Below, in pieces: positions 44,297-57,817 of a stretch of 64,000 bases of DNA. The stretch is from Phoronis australis (Eukaryota; Animalia; Phoronida). The DNA is taken from contig NMRA01000416.1 of assembly GCA_002633005.1 (NCBI GenBank), forward strand, positions 10,541 to 74,540. Direction: 5' to 3'. The position numbers and the translations under genes are program-made. The notes under the pieces are model-generated. The model was given only the letters and a program-made list of their open reading frames with translations. It searched no databases and was not told the origin of the DNA. Every line of letters begins with the position of its first letter. The first letter of the stretch is position 1.

Positions 44297-46005
44297 AGGA
44301 GAATGCCAACCGATTTAATTAGTCTTTTTCACCATCTTAATCAGTCTATATCCACATCGCCTCTTATACGGTCGACCTCACCTTGCCGAGAGGTGTTGCG
44401 TTAACTTGTGAGGAAGGTGAGAAACGACGCAGCGACTTCAGTGGTTCGTCTGCAGAGTGAATGCCGCTATATTGCGGTGCATCGTTCCCGCTTGTCCGAT
44501 CTATGAAGCTGCGAAGAAAGCGAGTAAATCGTTTTTCCGACTTCCTCTAGAGCCCGAAATGCTTAGGAAGTGGATCGCGGTAGTGATGAATGAAAGGTAC
44601 GCTGTTAATAGCAAGTATGAGGCCGTGAAACATCTCTGTGTCTGTGCCCGGCATTTTGTTGACGGTGATTTCTCTAACGAATTCTGGCTTACCAAAGAAC
44701 TATTCATACGTTCCGTTGCCTGTGCAGCGTTCACGGCGCCCGAGTCTCTTAAAGTATTTCTTGATCAGTGTATTCCCGTTCAAAGTGATAGCCTGTGAAA
44801 CCTAACGATCTGACCCCTGAAGACTTCGTCGGATGAGCTCTTGACTAAGTTGGGATTGGCACCGGGCGAGTTGCTATGTAGACGTTTATTATTCTACGTT
44901 CTGTTTCAAAAATGAATTATTCTCATCCTAACCAAAGTCTGTCAAATTTGATACAATTTGTAATGCCTTTGCAGTATTCGTGAGTGCAAATGTTGAGAAG
45001 CCAGCAATGAATAAACCACTGCGTTACCGGCTTATGGTGCCGCCAACAAAGGTAATTGACCGGGCACTGAGGCCGTGTTAGCGCATGCTAATTCAGTGTT
45101 TGCTGACAGAAAGCTGTTGTGAGACAATTATTCGATTTTATATGCTATGGTTACATGTTAGGGGAATCTTTATTTAGAAATACAAAAACATCATTCTAAT
45201 CATTGTTACTGTACAATCATTGCCCTGACGGTCTGTGGAAGGGGAACCCGAATTCGCGGCCACTTACAAGTAAGTAGATTTTCATTTTCGTGGCTTATTC
45301 AACTAAAAAATTATGTGCACATTATTTCTTTAACTCACTATTATAGTCTTTTCGCGACTGGAGGTTTAGTTTCCAACTCAAGTTGGTTTATGTTCGAGCC
45401 AGTCCCGGCGGCAGCAACGGGCCTGATCGGGTTCCGAGACACTAGCCAGGATAACAAAGTCAGTCCAGCCGCCGACGGGCCTGATCGGGTTCCGAGCCAC
45501 TGGCCAGGATAACAAGCGTTTTTGTGTGTTTAGAATTCAAAAAATCACAAGTATAAATAACACAGATCTAGGTTTTACTGTCTATATTTCACGGAAGAAT
45601 ACTTCCAATTTATCTTTGAACAGACTCCAAACTCCTGCTACGGACCTTGGTAAATTGGCCTGCGGAACTTTGTAGGCTACGATGTGTCCACATATCAATA
45701 AATCCGTAACAGCAAAAAAACAACACATTTTTATAAGAACTCGGTGTATTTTTAAGGGTTTTACATCGAAGTTTGATGATTTATTGGAGTTAAACCGATG
45801 AATTCAAGCGATAAGCTGACACCAGTAACCCGTGTTGCAAACTGCTGAACAGACTGCATGTGAAACCAATTACGTCATTGAATAATTTCAACACCTCCGC
45901 CTGTCGTCTAGTGTCAGGTAACGTAACCAAATGTGGCGTTGTAGAGTTGAACTACTCGATATAAATTGATACAAAATAGGTTGTTTTTTTGGGTGGCATT
46001 CTCCT
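44297..46005 (+). mobile_element. Kolobok-type non-autonomous element with THAP ORF (copy B)
   Basis: TTAA TSD at 44293-44296 and 46006-46009; ~14-bp TIR AGGAGAATGCCA. ORF 44457-44798 reads CIVPAC...FFRLP...KW...CVCARHF. Confidence 0.88.
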
Positions 46006-47134
46006 TTAAGGGTGTTGAAAAAATGGCGTTCTACCGTTACTCGGCTGCTAAAGTTGTAGAGTGATCTTCTACGTGGGCTTAATGCCATCAACGCGTCACC
46101 AATTGCAGTTTCTATTTTTGCAACGATTATTCAATCGACTGTTGTTCTTTCACGAGGTTGTGTACACGTCACAACAAATTACCGGAACTGGTTTCACTTC
46201 ATTATAAGATTTTAGAATTTTGATACCGAAAAACCAAATTACAGAACAAATTTTGCTGCTGCGAAAATGTCGCAATAATTTAGGAATGGCACGTGCGTGT
46301 GACATGAGAGCGCTGTTTTCAAAACAACAACATACTTTCATTGTTACAAAAGGTTGAGAATGACGCAAGAAAATGACGTTTGTTACATTGTTTTTCACTT
46401 AAAGTTGACTTAAACGGTTACGCCGGGCAAGGTCGGTTACCGGATACCCAGACTTTACATGCACCCGTCCGGTCGTTGGTTCTACATGTTGATACAGGTT
46501 TCACGGTGAGTTGACGAGCAGAACTACCCTGGCTGTCTGCAATTTCGGGGTCTATGGAAGAAAAACACGCAGTGGTACCTAGCTGTATTTTGTCTATTTT
46601 GACGATGAATCTTCATAGGCTGGCTCAACTGGCATTCAAAGTTCGCTCCCTGTCTTGTTCAATTCTTGTTACATAATTAAGATTTGTTTTTACAAAGCTC
46701 AACAAGCAAACAAAGCGAAAACTCCTGTGCATAAAAACTAAGCCCGTATTGAAGCGGAATTGAAAAATACCTCACCAGTCAAGGAAAATTCCTAAGAAAA
46801 TATTTGAGATGTCTGACCATTTTGGAACACATGCGTTTGTTTACGTGAACTGCAAGCGGCATCTGTTGGACGATTACGCGCCAAACATTTGTTACAATTT
46901 TTTGCTTTTGCAATGCTGCCGTTAGCTCCGTCTTTTAGGATCCTGGGTGAAAAGTATTCAAGAGTTTTGATCTGTTCCTAAGTAGGTGACTTTTCACTTT
47001 TAATCCAATTCGACGAACAATACCAATAATGTATTAGAGATTAGTTGTCTCCCCCAGTCCACGTGATGCGAAAGTTCATTCAAGGAGCAGAACAGTGTTC
47101 GTCTGTCAAGAAATGTGACTGTGAGCCTTTAAAA

Positions 47135-47183
47135 ATGGGCGAAAGTTCTGTCCGTGTCGAAGAGCATTTGCGCGTGAGGATCG
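47135..47183 (+). CDS. Possible first coding exon of an unidentified plus-strand gene (MGESSVRVEEHLRVRI)
   Basis: AAAATGG start context and a phase-1 GTAGGT donor in a CpG-richer zone; downstream DNA becomes T/G-skewed on the plus strand. No homology, and no second exon found. Confidence 0.25.
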
Positions 47184-47635
47184 GTAGGTATATAGCTATG
47201 ACATATACAGGATTGTCTTTAATTCTGAACCGGGAATTCATCTACCTGCAACGACCAGACTGATCCAACGGGGAACGGGATCGAATTTCTTGGTGCAAAA
47301 GCTGTATAAACATACAGCTGTGTATACATATAAAAGCTTGCTGTTGCACTAATGTGGGTTAAAAACTGACCAAGTAAAATTTGACATAAGATTAATGCCA
47401 CCTACTTGCTAAAACATATGCTGTTATTTTGTTGCTGAAGTAGAAAGTGCCACCGCCTCGACTGGCCCTAGTAGAGACTGTGGTCAGAACAGTCCTTGAT
47501 TTAGAGAACGAGGCGATCAATGAATAACGGGCCCGTTATGTAGTGGATGAACTGGGTCTCTAAATCAGGGACTCCTATACCCAACCAGTGTCATAGAGAG
47601 AATAAACTGAAAGCTCTTGTAGGAGCTTCAATTAC

Positions 47636-47985
47636 GCCGGAAACTTTTTTGGCGAAAAATGCCTTAATTGCTCTGATTACAACATCAAAGTCACATTGCT
47701 ATAGAGGGACATCTTAGCCAGGAGGCCATCCATTCTTTAATTCCTCTCAACTCAAACAAATACTTATGTAATCAAATTTTTTAAGTGCAGTCCTTCATGT
47801 AGTTGCCCAAATCAGCAACTGGTCATTTTTACGCTGCATGCGCTACCGCGCATTTGTTTGAGTTGGAAGGAATTAAAGACATCAACGGTCTCCTAAAGTG
47901 TCCTTCTATGTGCAAGAAGTTCTTATGGCAATGCGACTTTGATGTTTTAATCAGTGTGAAGCATAATTTTCCGAAAAGCTTCCGG
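47636..47985. mobile_element. Old fold-back MITE
   Basis: Imperfect inverted arms: AACATCAAAGTCACATTGC / GCAATGCGACTTTGATGTT and CAACTCAAACAAAT / ATTTGTTTGAGTTG. Confidence 0.65.
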
Positions 47986-48036
47986 TATATCTCTTCTGGG
48001 GCCAGTTGAGACAGTGCCACTCTGTACTGCTAAAGG

Positions 48037-48616
48037 TCGCTGGTTCCCTGCGTGCTTCTAGGTGGTAGCCAGCACGCAGGTATCACTTAATTTTCCTTGG
48101 AAAATTTTTTTATACCGGCGTTTCTGATTAGCTGGTCGAATTCTCAACAAACAGTGCGTTACGCAAACAAACTGGCATGACTGATGGAGGAAGTGTAAAA
48201 TTTGGTCTGTTGTAGAGACAAATCGGTGCTTAAAGTTCATGTTCAAGAAATTTGAATCCTAGTAAATTGTGGTTTCACCTTTTTGGAGTGCATCTTTCTA
48301 CTGTCGCTGACTTTTGCTTATGTTGCTGTCCTGTATTCATACAGTATGAATAACACACGAGCTAAATCGGCCAGATGATGGCGTGTTTATTCTGCATGTG
48401 TGTGCTTCAAGAACGCGGCTATTAAACATTTCTGCAGTCACAAAATAGTTGCTGCTACGCTACATGACAGGCTAAAAATCGTTCATAACCCTCCGTTTTC
48501 TCGTTTGTAAAGCTAACCAGTACCTGCCAAGGTTACATCATCCAATAATACAGCGCGTGCTACTGCCTGCTACCTGCGTGCTGGCTACCACCTAGCGGCA
48601 CGCAGGGAACCAGCGA
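48037..48616. mobile_element. MITE with ~45-bp TIRs
   Basis: TCGCTGGTTCCCTGCGTGC..CTAGGTGGTAGCCAGCACGCAGGTA is inverted at 48571-48616. Confidence 0.8.
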
Positions 48617-50239
48617 GCTGCTATTAAGTTGAGTGGGTGTGGTTCTTGTGCCTTGGCTGCCAGCACCATGAAATAGAGTGTCACCTATTGGCCAATTTCT
48701 GTTTTTGCTGATCCTTCAATGTAAGAATATATGTGTACTGTTCTTCTTCCCTAAGATTACTATATTTACCTTTCAACTGCAGTTGGACACCTTTGAAGGC
48801 TGCTCAAGTCTTTAAATCCTTCCAGCTTGAACAAATATTCCCACAGTTACATGAAGTCTAAGCTTTAGACTTAACATAGTCATAGATAATAATCAACAAA
48901 GAAGCATATTGAAATATCTGTTTCACAACACAGTTTTTCTGAATAATTCTTTGTTTTATGAACAAAGTCGTGAACTGAGCCAGTTTTATATATTTATGAA
49001 TGTAAGCCATTTTGGTTGTGATTGCATTGCTGCGCACATAGGGATTGTGTTTATTGTTGGCCATGGGACTGGGTCAGATTTATTTTTGTAAATGTCCTAT
49101 TGATTTTACTTTAGTCGGAACATAGCTGGATTCACTCCTGGGAATAATGTAGACAAATTAGTCCCCTTTGTCTCAAGTTTGTCAGAAGGTCACTGTTCTT
49201 CAAGACCTATTTTGTGACACATCTAATTGCTGGAGACTTGTTTGAAAAATTAGCAACCTTGGCAACTTTTATGGTAACAGGACTTACACGTAAATGGGCG
49301 AGAAAGCATGTACTGTTCACCCCAGAGTATCCAATGAATTCCTCAGCACATCAAAGGGTTGATGGCGCTGTCAGATTGAAGTGAGTTAGGCGCTATTCGT
49401 GGGCTTGGATGAAAAAAGTAATTTGGTTGAGCCGTACCATTACGGGATCACCATATGTACATGTATGGCATCCACAGGCAATGAATCGCCTAGAATTTGT
49501 TGCTTTTTAGTATATTTTCACTCAGAAGGTATTTCCAGCAATCCAGACGTGAGGGTAGCGTTGGCGGACCAACTTGTTCCAGATCATATTATTGTTGCAG
49601 ATTGGAATAACAACTGTTCATTGTTTATAAATAAAAACTTGATTACAAATTGTTCATCAGTACAAATGACATGGATTTAGGTATAATTAAAGGAGTAAAT
49701 GCAGCGCCATGTGAAAAATAAAGTCTTGTATGCTAGAAGGTTGGAAATAAAAGGCACTATTAAACACACCTTAAAGTTATAACTACAACATAAAATATTG
49801 ATAAGATATTGATTTATCAGCACCTTTCGAGCGCGTACACCTTTTGTGAGATGAGGGGAAGACAATGATAGTACAACACGAGACATGGGTCTCCTTTCTC
49901 TTGTACCATTCGCCTATGCCTTGTTTACATGTATACTGTAAAAACTCCATTTGAGAGTCTCTAAATGTTAGGACATTGATATTCTGGCAAAATCTCTCCA
50001 AATTTGGATAAAAATAATTGTCAAAATTGCACTTTTTTCATTTGTCAATGTCTTCTGCCATTGTTGTGAATATCCACACTTTTTCAAAATGTTTTCTGAT
50101 TGTAGCTATGGTGAAGAAGACGAACATGGTAAAGCATCAATTTTATGCTACCTATCTTTTATGAAAAAACAAGAAAATAAAATTTCACTCGTCTACCATA
50201 TCTTGTACTGCAGAGAAACCAAGGAGAATTTTCCCAATG

Positions 50240-50645
50240 TGATCAAACCTAAAGGCTCAAAAAACTTTCCTAGTCTTGATAGATTGGGCATAAGACATGT
50301 CATTCAAGTTTTGACGGGCCACTGTAACCTAGCAAGACACACATTACTTGGCAAAGGTGGCCCGAGTGTGGTACTGACGATGAAACCCTTAAACACCCGA
50401 TAGAGTCTTGCCCAGCTTTTTATTGGCTAAGGAGCACGCTACTGGCTAGCACTGTTACATGCCTACAACATACAGTGCATGGCAACAAATGGAAGAGTCT
50501 GTCCATTTTCTTAAAGGAGACGGGCAGACTTGAAAACTTCCTTCACGAAGAACCATAACGTGGCTCCTGTGTTTTTAGCTCGGGTGTTTTGTGCAATTGG
50601 CCCAACCATGAGGCTTGCATAGTAAATGACACCAAACCATCCACA
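50240..50645 (+). mobile_element. 3' fragment of an RNase H-type LINE
   Basis: IQVLTGHCNLARH, then the zinc knuckle ECGTDDETLKHPIESCPAF in a shifted frame, and a terminal HFLKETGRLE. Confidence 0.7.
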
Positions 50646-53600
50646 CTCTTTTTTATATATATTTTGTACAGAATGGGTGAGACTTTTCCGTAAATTGAAT
50701 TTTCTTGATTCTAAAGATTGGGTTGGCCATTTTGGTGAAGTTACCCAGAAATCCATTGCATGCGACCTGGTAGTGCTAATTGATTTATGTTTTCAAATAC
50801 TTGAGCTTCAAGGCCTGCTATTCTTGTGGTCTATAATAAATTATGGAAATTATTAGTGGAACATTTAAAACCTATCGGTAACACCTGTAAATTTGGTTCC
50901 TACAGTATGTTAAGAGCATCGCTCTTAGCCCACTAGTGCCATAAATTGCCAAATGTAATGAACTGTTAGGCATATTGGTGTGCTTTTGTCTATGTTACTG
51001 CGAGAATCACCTTTTAATTCAAGCAGCTGCGAATAACACCCCCACGCAATGGTGTTCTATTCAGACCCCTATTCAATAAAATTGTTATCGGTCTTTTGTT
51101 GTTTGTGCTGTGATCTCACGATGACGCATCATGACACGAAGAGGCAGCTTCACCTATCATTTTACTGGCTTACATTTGCGTGATTTAACTAGCGTTTTCT
51201 TTTTATCTTTCTAAGGCTTTGTTAGGACTATCTAGTTAGCCCAATACATCTAACATAACAAAATTCCTTTGAAGTTAGGCTTTAACACTTTAACCATGGT
51301 GTAAGTTGTTTACAAGGTAGATTCTTTTGTTACATTCTTGTTCGGGACGAGTTGCTAGGCAGCACGGGCCACAAAGAACTTCTTATTTCTTACTCTTTCA
51401 ACTCTTATCACACATCCTTCATAAAGATTTTGATGCTTCTTTTTTCTTTCTGATTTCTGTTCTGTACTTGTACATATTGACCAGAAACAAAATATCTGAT
51501 GTAAATGCTTTTCAAAAGACAGTAGAGCTCATCTTTGCTGTCCAGACTCCCTATCGCTTTCTGGAATATCATTCAAATAGGGAATTGTAGGGTAGGCTGT
51601 TGCTGCTTTCAGGATGTGATTTCCTTCCATGAAAGTAATTGTTGACTTTCATAGAGTTTTGAAAAATGTGATAGTCGCATATTTTATAAAAAGAAATCTT
51701 TATTTAGCATTGCTGTCCGTAACCTTTCTTGGAACCCTTTATTGATGCGCCAAATATGCAAGTCATTTGTGATGACTTCAATTAATTTTAAATATTTCAC
51801 AAAAATTAATCAGCCATTCACAGGCCTTTTGATGTTTGGCACTTAAACAGTTGTATCTTTATAATGTGGAAGACAATTATGAATGTGTTCTTGTATTTTT
51901 ATTCTCCTTCCCAAATCACAGATAAAGTGATGACTTGAAAGTTGGAATGTTGTTTTAAAAAGTGATATCACTGTTTGAGTGTAAATCAAAAATATGTGAC
52001 CTTTTCCGTATGATTGGCAGTGCTGTCAGCAATGTTGTTGAAACATACGTCCTTATTTAACTTTTAGGCATTCCTACTCAAGGCAAAAAATGACAATTTA
52101 AACAAAAAATAGTAGTCCTGTGTCAATAAATGATTTTCTTGATGTTTCAAAGCATGATTGAGCATTTTCAGTCACTAAGATTTCAGAAAATGTGTACTTT
52201 TGGGGTTGGAAACGGATGTTAATATTAGTTACTTGTTGAAATGTGCAAGACTTCATGAAGGTTGACAACTACCTTGATGTCTTCTTGATTGTTTTGATGT
52301 CTTTAGAATGACCCTCTCACTCCTTGGCTAATGAATTAAGCACGACTGCTGTTGAATCAAAGTGTTTTTCGATATATTAAATTTACCTGTTGAATGTTCT
52401 TTGATTGATGAAAGCCACATGAGCTATACCAGGGATGCAATTGTAGTCGTTGTCTGAAGACAGCGATCTTGTAAAGTTGTCACATTTAGAATTTTCCATA
52501 GTCTTTCTAGTTTTACAGCTCCATGCTATTGTTCAAGAGGAGCTTTTGCACCCAAAATTAGGTAATGAGATATAAGTCTGGCTTGCAGGCATTACTAAAA
52601 TTGATGGTTTAAAGTAAATCTTAAATGACAAAGTGCCGCTTGTCTCCAGATCATGATAAGTGTAGGAATTTTGTCGCCTATGCTGTTATTATTTTTGTAG
52701 AACTACTGATGGCTTCTCTATGACAAGTTTTAATGCTCTAACTAGTGTCGAAATGATGCACAACCAGGACCTAAAATCTCACTTTAAAACCATTGTTAGG
52801 TGTTGGTTGTTAATTTGGTCTCAATACTTTGTAGATGGGTTGGACATGTGATGAGATGGCTTGTAGGTTGTATAAATTTGCATGCAGTTTTCCTAATTCT
52901 TGCCTCAATCTTGATAGGTCGGCCTTTCACATTGGTCATTTCCATTGTTGGAATGCTTTTCCTTGTGTATACAATTTAGTCACAAGGTACTCCCATTTTT
53001 AGAACCAGTTTGATGGAGAAAACTGAGAGAAGGAAAAAGATTTTGTGGCATGATGTTGACAGATATCATCTTCTTAAACTTACTAAAATGTTTGCTTGCT
53101 GTGATTGAAATGTTATGATGATTATATTTCACTGAGTGTTGACAGGTGTTATCATCAGCTGTCTTGAGTAAATAAACATCATCTCTTGCTGCTAGAATGT
53201 GTAGGAGTCAGTAAACTTGACTATGTGGCAGATATGACTGACTGATTTGTTCATTAAATAGACCCACCTACACATGATGTGGGCGATTGAACATGCATGA
53301 AATTGCACATTTTGTGCAATAAGGATTTGAAATAAGTAAACATCTCCAGAGGGCTCAACATCAGCGACTAAATGCTCGAAAATACAAGTACAAAAACTAA
53401 AATACCAGTAGTTATTTGGAGAAACATTCTGCGTTTTTTGGTTGCCACTTTTTATGAACCCAAATCTGGGAATAGGTTTTTTGAGCGGACATTTTCGTGT
53501 TACAATTGATCGATTTGTCTATGCAACTTGGCCCGGTTTTAATCGTCTGCTCATGACTATGCTAGTCATGATCTCGGTGTGACAAGCTATCACAGCTTAT

Positions 53601-54520
53601 GTGCTATTGGCATGCTGTTGCCATAGCCCGTCCACTGTAAGATACTTACAAACACAATTCTCAATACTAAACATTTCCTGAAACAGAGATTCATCTGCCC
53701 TCTTGTCTCAATGAAATGAACCTGTGTTCTAATAAATGATGTGTGTGTTGATGTTTGCGGTAACTTATTGGACACCTTAGATGAAAACATTTTCATTCTT
53801 CATTGTGCATATGTCTTTTATAACCGCAATTCTCGTTTGCAAGACGGTGTAATAAGGGTGCAAAACAACAGTTGCGCCCCCTATGTAGTAATTGATGCGG
53901 AAAATGCGTGCGTTGCTCCGATATATTTCTGAAAAATCTTGTCAACTTGCCACAAATCTTGAAGTAGATCTTAAGTGTCATATGTAACAACCTTGTTTTG
54001 AAGGAGGTTTCTAAAACAATTGGGCTTCTCCAAAGGCGTTTCTATATAAATATTTATAAACAAAGTACAAGTAACACGTTGACAACTTTTGAGCAAGCCA
54101 TTTACGACCATAAACATACCGTACCTGTGGTAGCTAGGGTTCTTAGGTGCTTGTAAATAGGCCTTTTCATACTGACTTAACTCCGGTCTGAGCAGAGCGT
54201 CGACGTAAACTGCGAAGTTAACTAAACCGTTCATACTGGCTTCGGTAGATAACGGACTTCCAAGTAAACTGTAGGCGGCGCTGTTGTCATCGAAGTAATC
54301 GCAAGGTAGTGCTGCACGGTAAGATTTTTTTAATGTGACAATTAGGAACATTTACATGTGCTGATTGACATAAAACTAATTTTTAATTCGATTGATGATT
54401 ATTAAGAGCAAAATATAAACAACTATTAACGACGGCACTACCCTGTAATTGTTGAAGATAACAGTGGCACCTGGCGATAACTTCGATGGGACCCGAAATT
54501 GACCGTTCATACTGCATAGC

Positions 54521-55394
54521 CAGTGGCGGATCTAGGATATCACAAGGGGGGGCCCAACATTTTGTCTATAAGGATTTGCGCAAAGCACGTTTGTAGATGC
54601 GCATAGCACCAAATGGGGGGAGTGTGGTTTTTTCCTCTAAAAATCAAGCATTGTCCTTGATTCCTGAAGTATTATCCAAGAAAAAAGGCAAAAAAACACG
54701 GAGAATGTGTCCAACAGGAAAAACTGCATTAACCACAGACTCGAACCCACGACCTGGCGGATAGAGCGCGTGTGCTTTACCACTACACCACTACGATTTA
54801 ACTCCTAATTTGATAGGCCTACTAAGAGACCTACTTGTTTATGGTCCACAGCGTTTGTGCATGAAACCTACTTTTTTGTTATGGTTATTACACGTTTTAT
54901 ATTTTGTGCAATCGGTTCGTAACAAATTTGTTGTATTTAAAATAGTCTTCAATTGCCCAAAAGACCGTTTTTCGTGTTGGCAATAATGATGTGATTGCTT
55001 TGGAAATCGTCACAGTTAAGGTTTGACAAAGAGAGAATTATGAGTTTCTAAGTGATTCACTAAGGCTTTGATTAAAATTCACATCTTACCAGCAGCTTCT
55101 GTTTTTTCATCGTCACTCAGCTTCCATTTTCTTTAAAAAATGAAACAATTTTCGCGGGAGAGCCTATACTTAGCCATAGTTCCGTTACGATTGCTCAGTG
55201 TTCCGACTTTGACACTTGAAATTGGATCTGAGCCCCCCCCCAACACTAAAAGTGCACGCATTTAAATATTGTTTCATCCATATAATTTTAATTACCAGAG
55301 TTAATTAATAAACTCAACATTTCCCTACGATCTTGCTGTTTTATTTTTTGCGGCAGCCAAAGGGGGGGCCCGGGCCCCCCTAAATCCGCCTATG
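54521..55394. mobile_element. hAT-like MITE with 5-bp TSD, containing a tRNA-derived segment
   Basis: CAGTGGCGGATCTAGG ... CCTAAATCCGCCTATG; ATAGC duplicated on both flanks. A-box and B-box on the minus strand at 54731-54791. Confidence 0.8.
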
Positions 55395-57817
55395 ATAGCT
55401 GCGTCAATACTTGGCTATTATCCACCTGTTTACTGCGACATTAAAAGGTTGGCATTGTTATCTTCGATCCAGGACCGAAGTTAAGCGCGTTCATACTGAC
55501 CGCAACCCCCAAAACATTGACACCTCGATGCTAATATGAAAGTTGTTAATGACATAAGATTTTCTTTAGTGCAGATGATGATAGAAATGCGAGCCTTTGT
55601 GGTGACCACAACCAAACAGGCTGTGTTTTGAACTAACAATGGTCTGTGTTGCCTGAAAATAAGTAAAGTGCCTATTTATTTAATCTAATTGTAACTGAAG
55701 ATATTTTCAAGAATTTCCCGGATTCCACAACCCTGCTTTGGTCAGTGGTTGATTTGAAAGGCTAAATCTTGAACGATTAGTAAAATTTGGTGATTACTAT
55801 GGGCTGTGACTGTGAATCACCTGCTGAGAAGAGAGACAAGTCATCTGACTGCCTGGTAATTTGTTCTATTTTTGTGTGCTGTCTGTTTCTGTGGACAATC
55901 ATCCTTTGACACACTTTACACACTTGTGGTTTTATGTTCACTTCCTGCTTCACCTTTTTGTGTTGACTATATAAATAATATGGGACTAGTTAAGTGACAG
56001 AACAGAGGATTACTGTTGTGTACCATTGAAGGGCTACAAAGTAAACAATCTTGGGACACAATATGATAGAGGGTGCAATATCATTTGGGGAATTTTCTCA
56101 ACAAAAATAACTTCTCAACGAAAATTTCTTTGCTTTTAGCATGGTTTGAGTTGCTTAATATTTTGTAAAGTTTGAGCCTTTGCAGCAATATGATAATCCT
56201 CTGGAAGGCAGAAATATGGCAATTATAGCATTTTTTCATCCCCAATTAAAGAATTTTTACCATAGTGATGTCAGTAGCATTCCTTATTGAAGAAAAATCT
56301 TGTTAGAATGGACACACTTGTTATTCCTTATCATTTTTCTCAGTCTGAAACCTGAGTGGGTTCTGATTATATCCTCCAGGTGGCGTGTAGCTGGCCAGTA
56401 GTGCCTCAACTTATGACACCAACAAGACTGTGTCAGCAAATGTGGCAAATAAAGAACTTAAAATCAGCTTGTGCGTGACTGAATGACTCCAATCTCAGGT
56501 TTTGTAGGTGGATGAGATGGGCTGAAAAATTCATAGCTAGGATTGTGTACTCAGGGTCCTGGAGTGTCGGATCTATACCAAATAATATACAAAATGCTCA
56601 TAAAGTTTTGAAGTGAAAAGCATTCTACGCCTTTTTGGATACTTTAAAAATTGTGTTATAACTGATTAAAAATGTTCTTGCTTTAAGGCTGATAAACCAC
56701 GCCTAATATCAAAAATGTTTGGCTTGTACCACTTAACTATTATGAAATAATTCTTGAACTATTCCTTAGTCAAATTAGATGTTTTCTGGGTTGTGAAAGA
56801 ACTGACAGCTAGTTGTTGCTTGAGACCTGGCTCTAGATACAAGATGGCTTGTCAAAATGGTGTCTCGTTCTCTACCTAGTGTGGGTTCAAGCGATAACCA
56901 ACTATCATTTTCTTCCTAGCCTACACACAACTTCTCATCTGAATTAACCAGTTTAATAGTGTTAAGTAATCAAAACCAATATTTTTGATAGAATGAGGTA
57001 TTGTATCCGCTTACAATATTTGGGTGGTTTCAGATATTTTCAGTATAATATCGGCATGATACAAGTATTGATATAGAAGCCAGAGTATTTGGTATCGGTA
57101 TCGAAAGAGGATTTGTATTGAGTTGGCATTATATGTTGTGTTATCCTGCTCAATTGTAAATGTGGCTGCGTGTCCATTACACAACGGACACTATGTAATC
57201 CACAGCTCATTGGTCTTGCTCTGTTGTCAGTTTTTTACAATTTGATGAATATTAGTATAATTACAATGCAATTTTTTATGTGTTGCAACCTTTTCCTCAT
57301 TTTTGCAACTAATGCCACATTGTTGATGATAACAAAAAAGTGTAGAAAAATGATTGGCACTTGCAAAACGTTTAACTCTGGGTATAGAAATGCATTCATC
57401 CTTTAGTGCCCTGTGTGTCCTAGATAATTGCTGTGTTTTTCAACTTAGCTTTAAACTAAAATTGTAACATTAGAGGGCTGTTTCTGTTTATCCATGTATT
57501 GGAAAAACAATTTTATCTAGCTAAGAACCACTCTGCCTGTGTTGGTCATATGTGTATCAAATTACATCTGGACACATCTGATTTGGTGCCATTGGTTGAT
57601 CAAGGTTGTTTAAGGGAGAGGGAGGACGGGGGAGGGGGGGGTACAGCAATTTCCAAAGGATTTTTTCTCCTTGTAAGCCCTAAAAGCAACATGCTGACAG
57701 AGTTTTTGTCTTTGTGCGTGTCTGCTTATATGGAGTTGTGAAACTGATGGTTTTTGTTTCGTCAGTTATCAGTTTGTATATGGTGTCAAGCAAGTATTAT
57801 TTTCATCTTTGCTTGCA

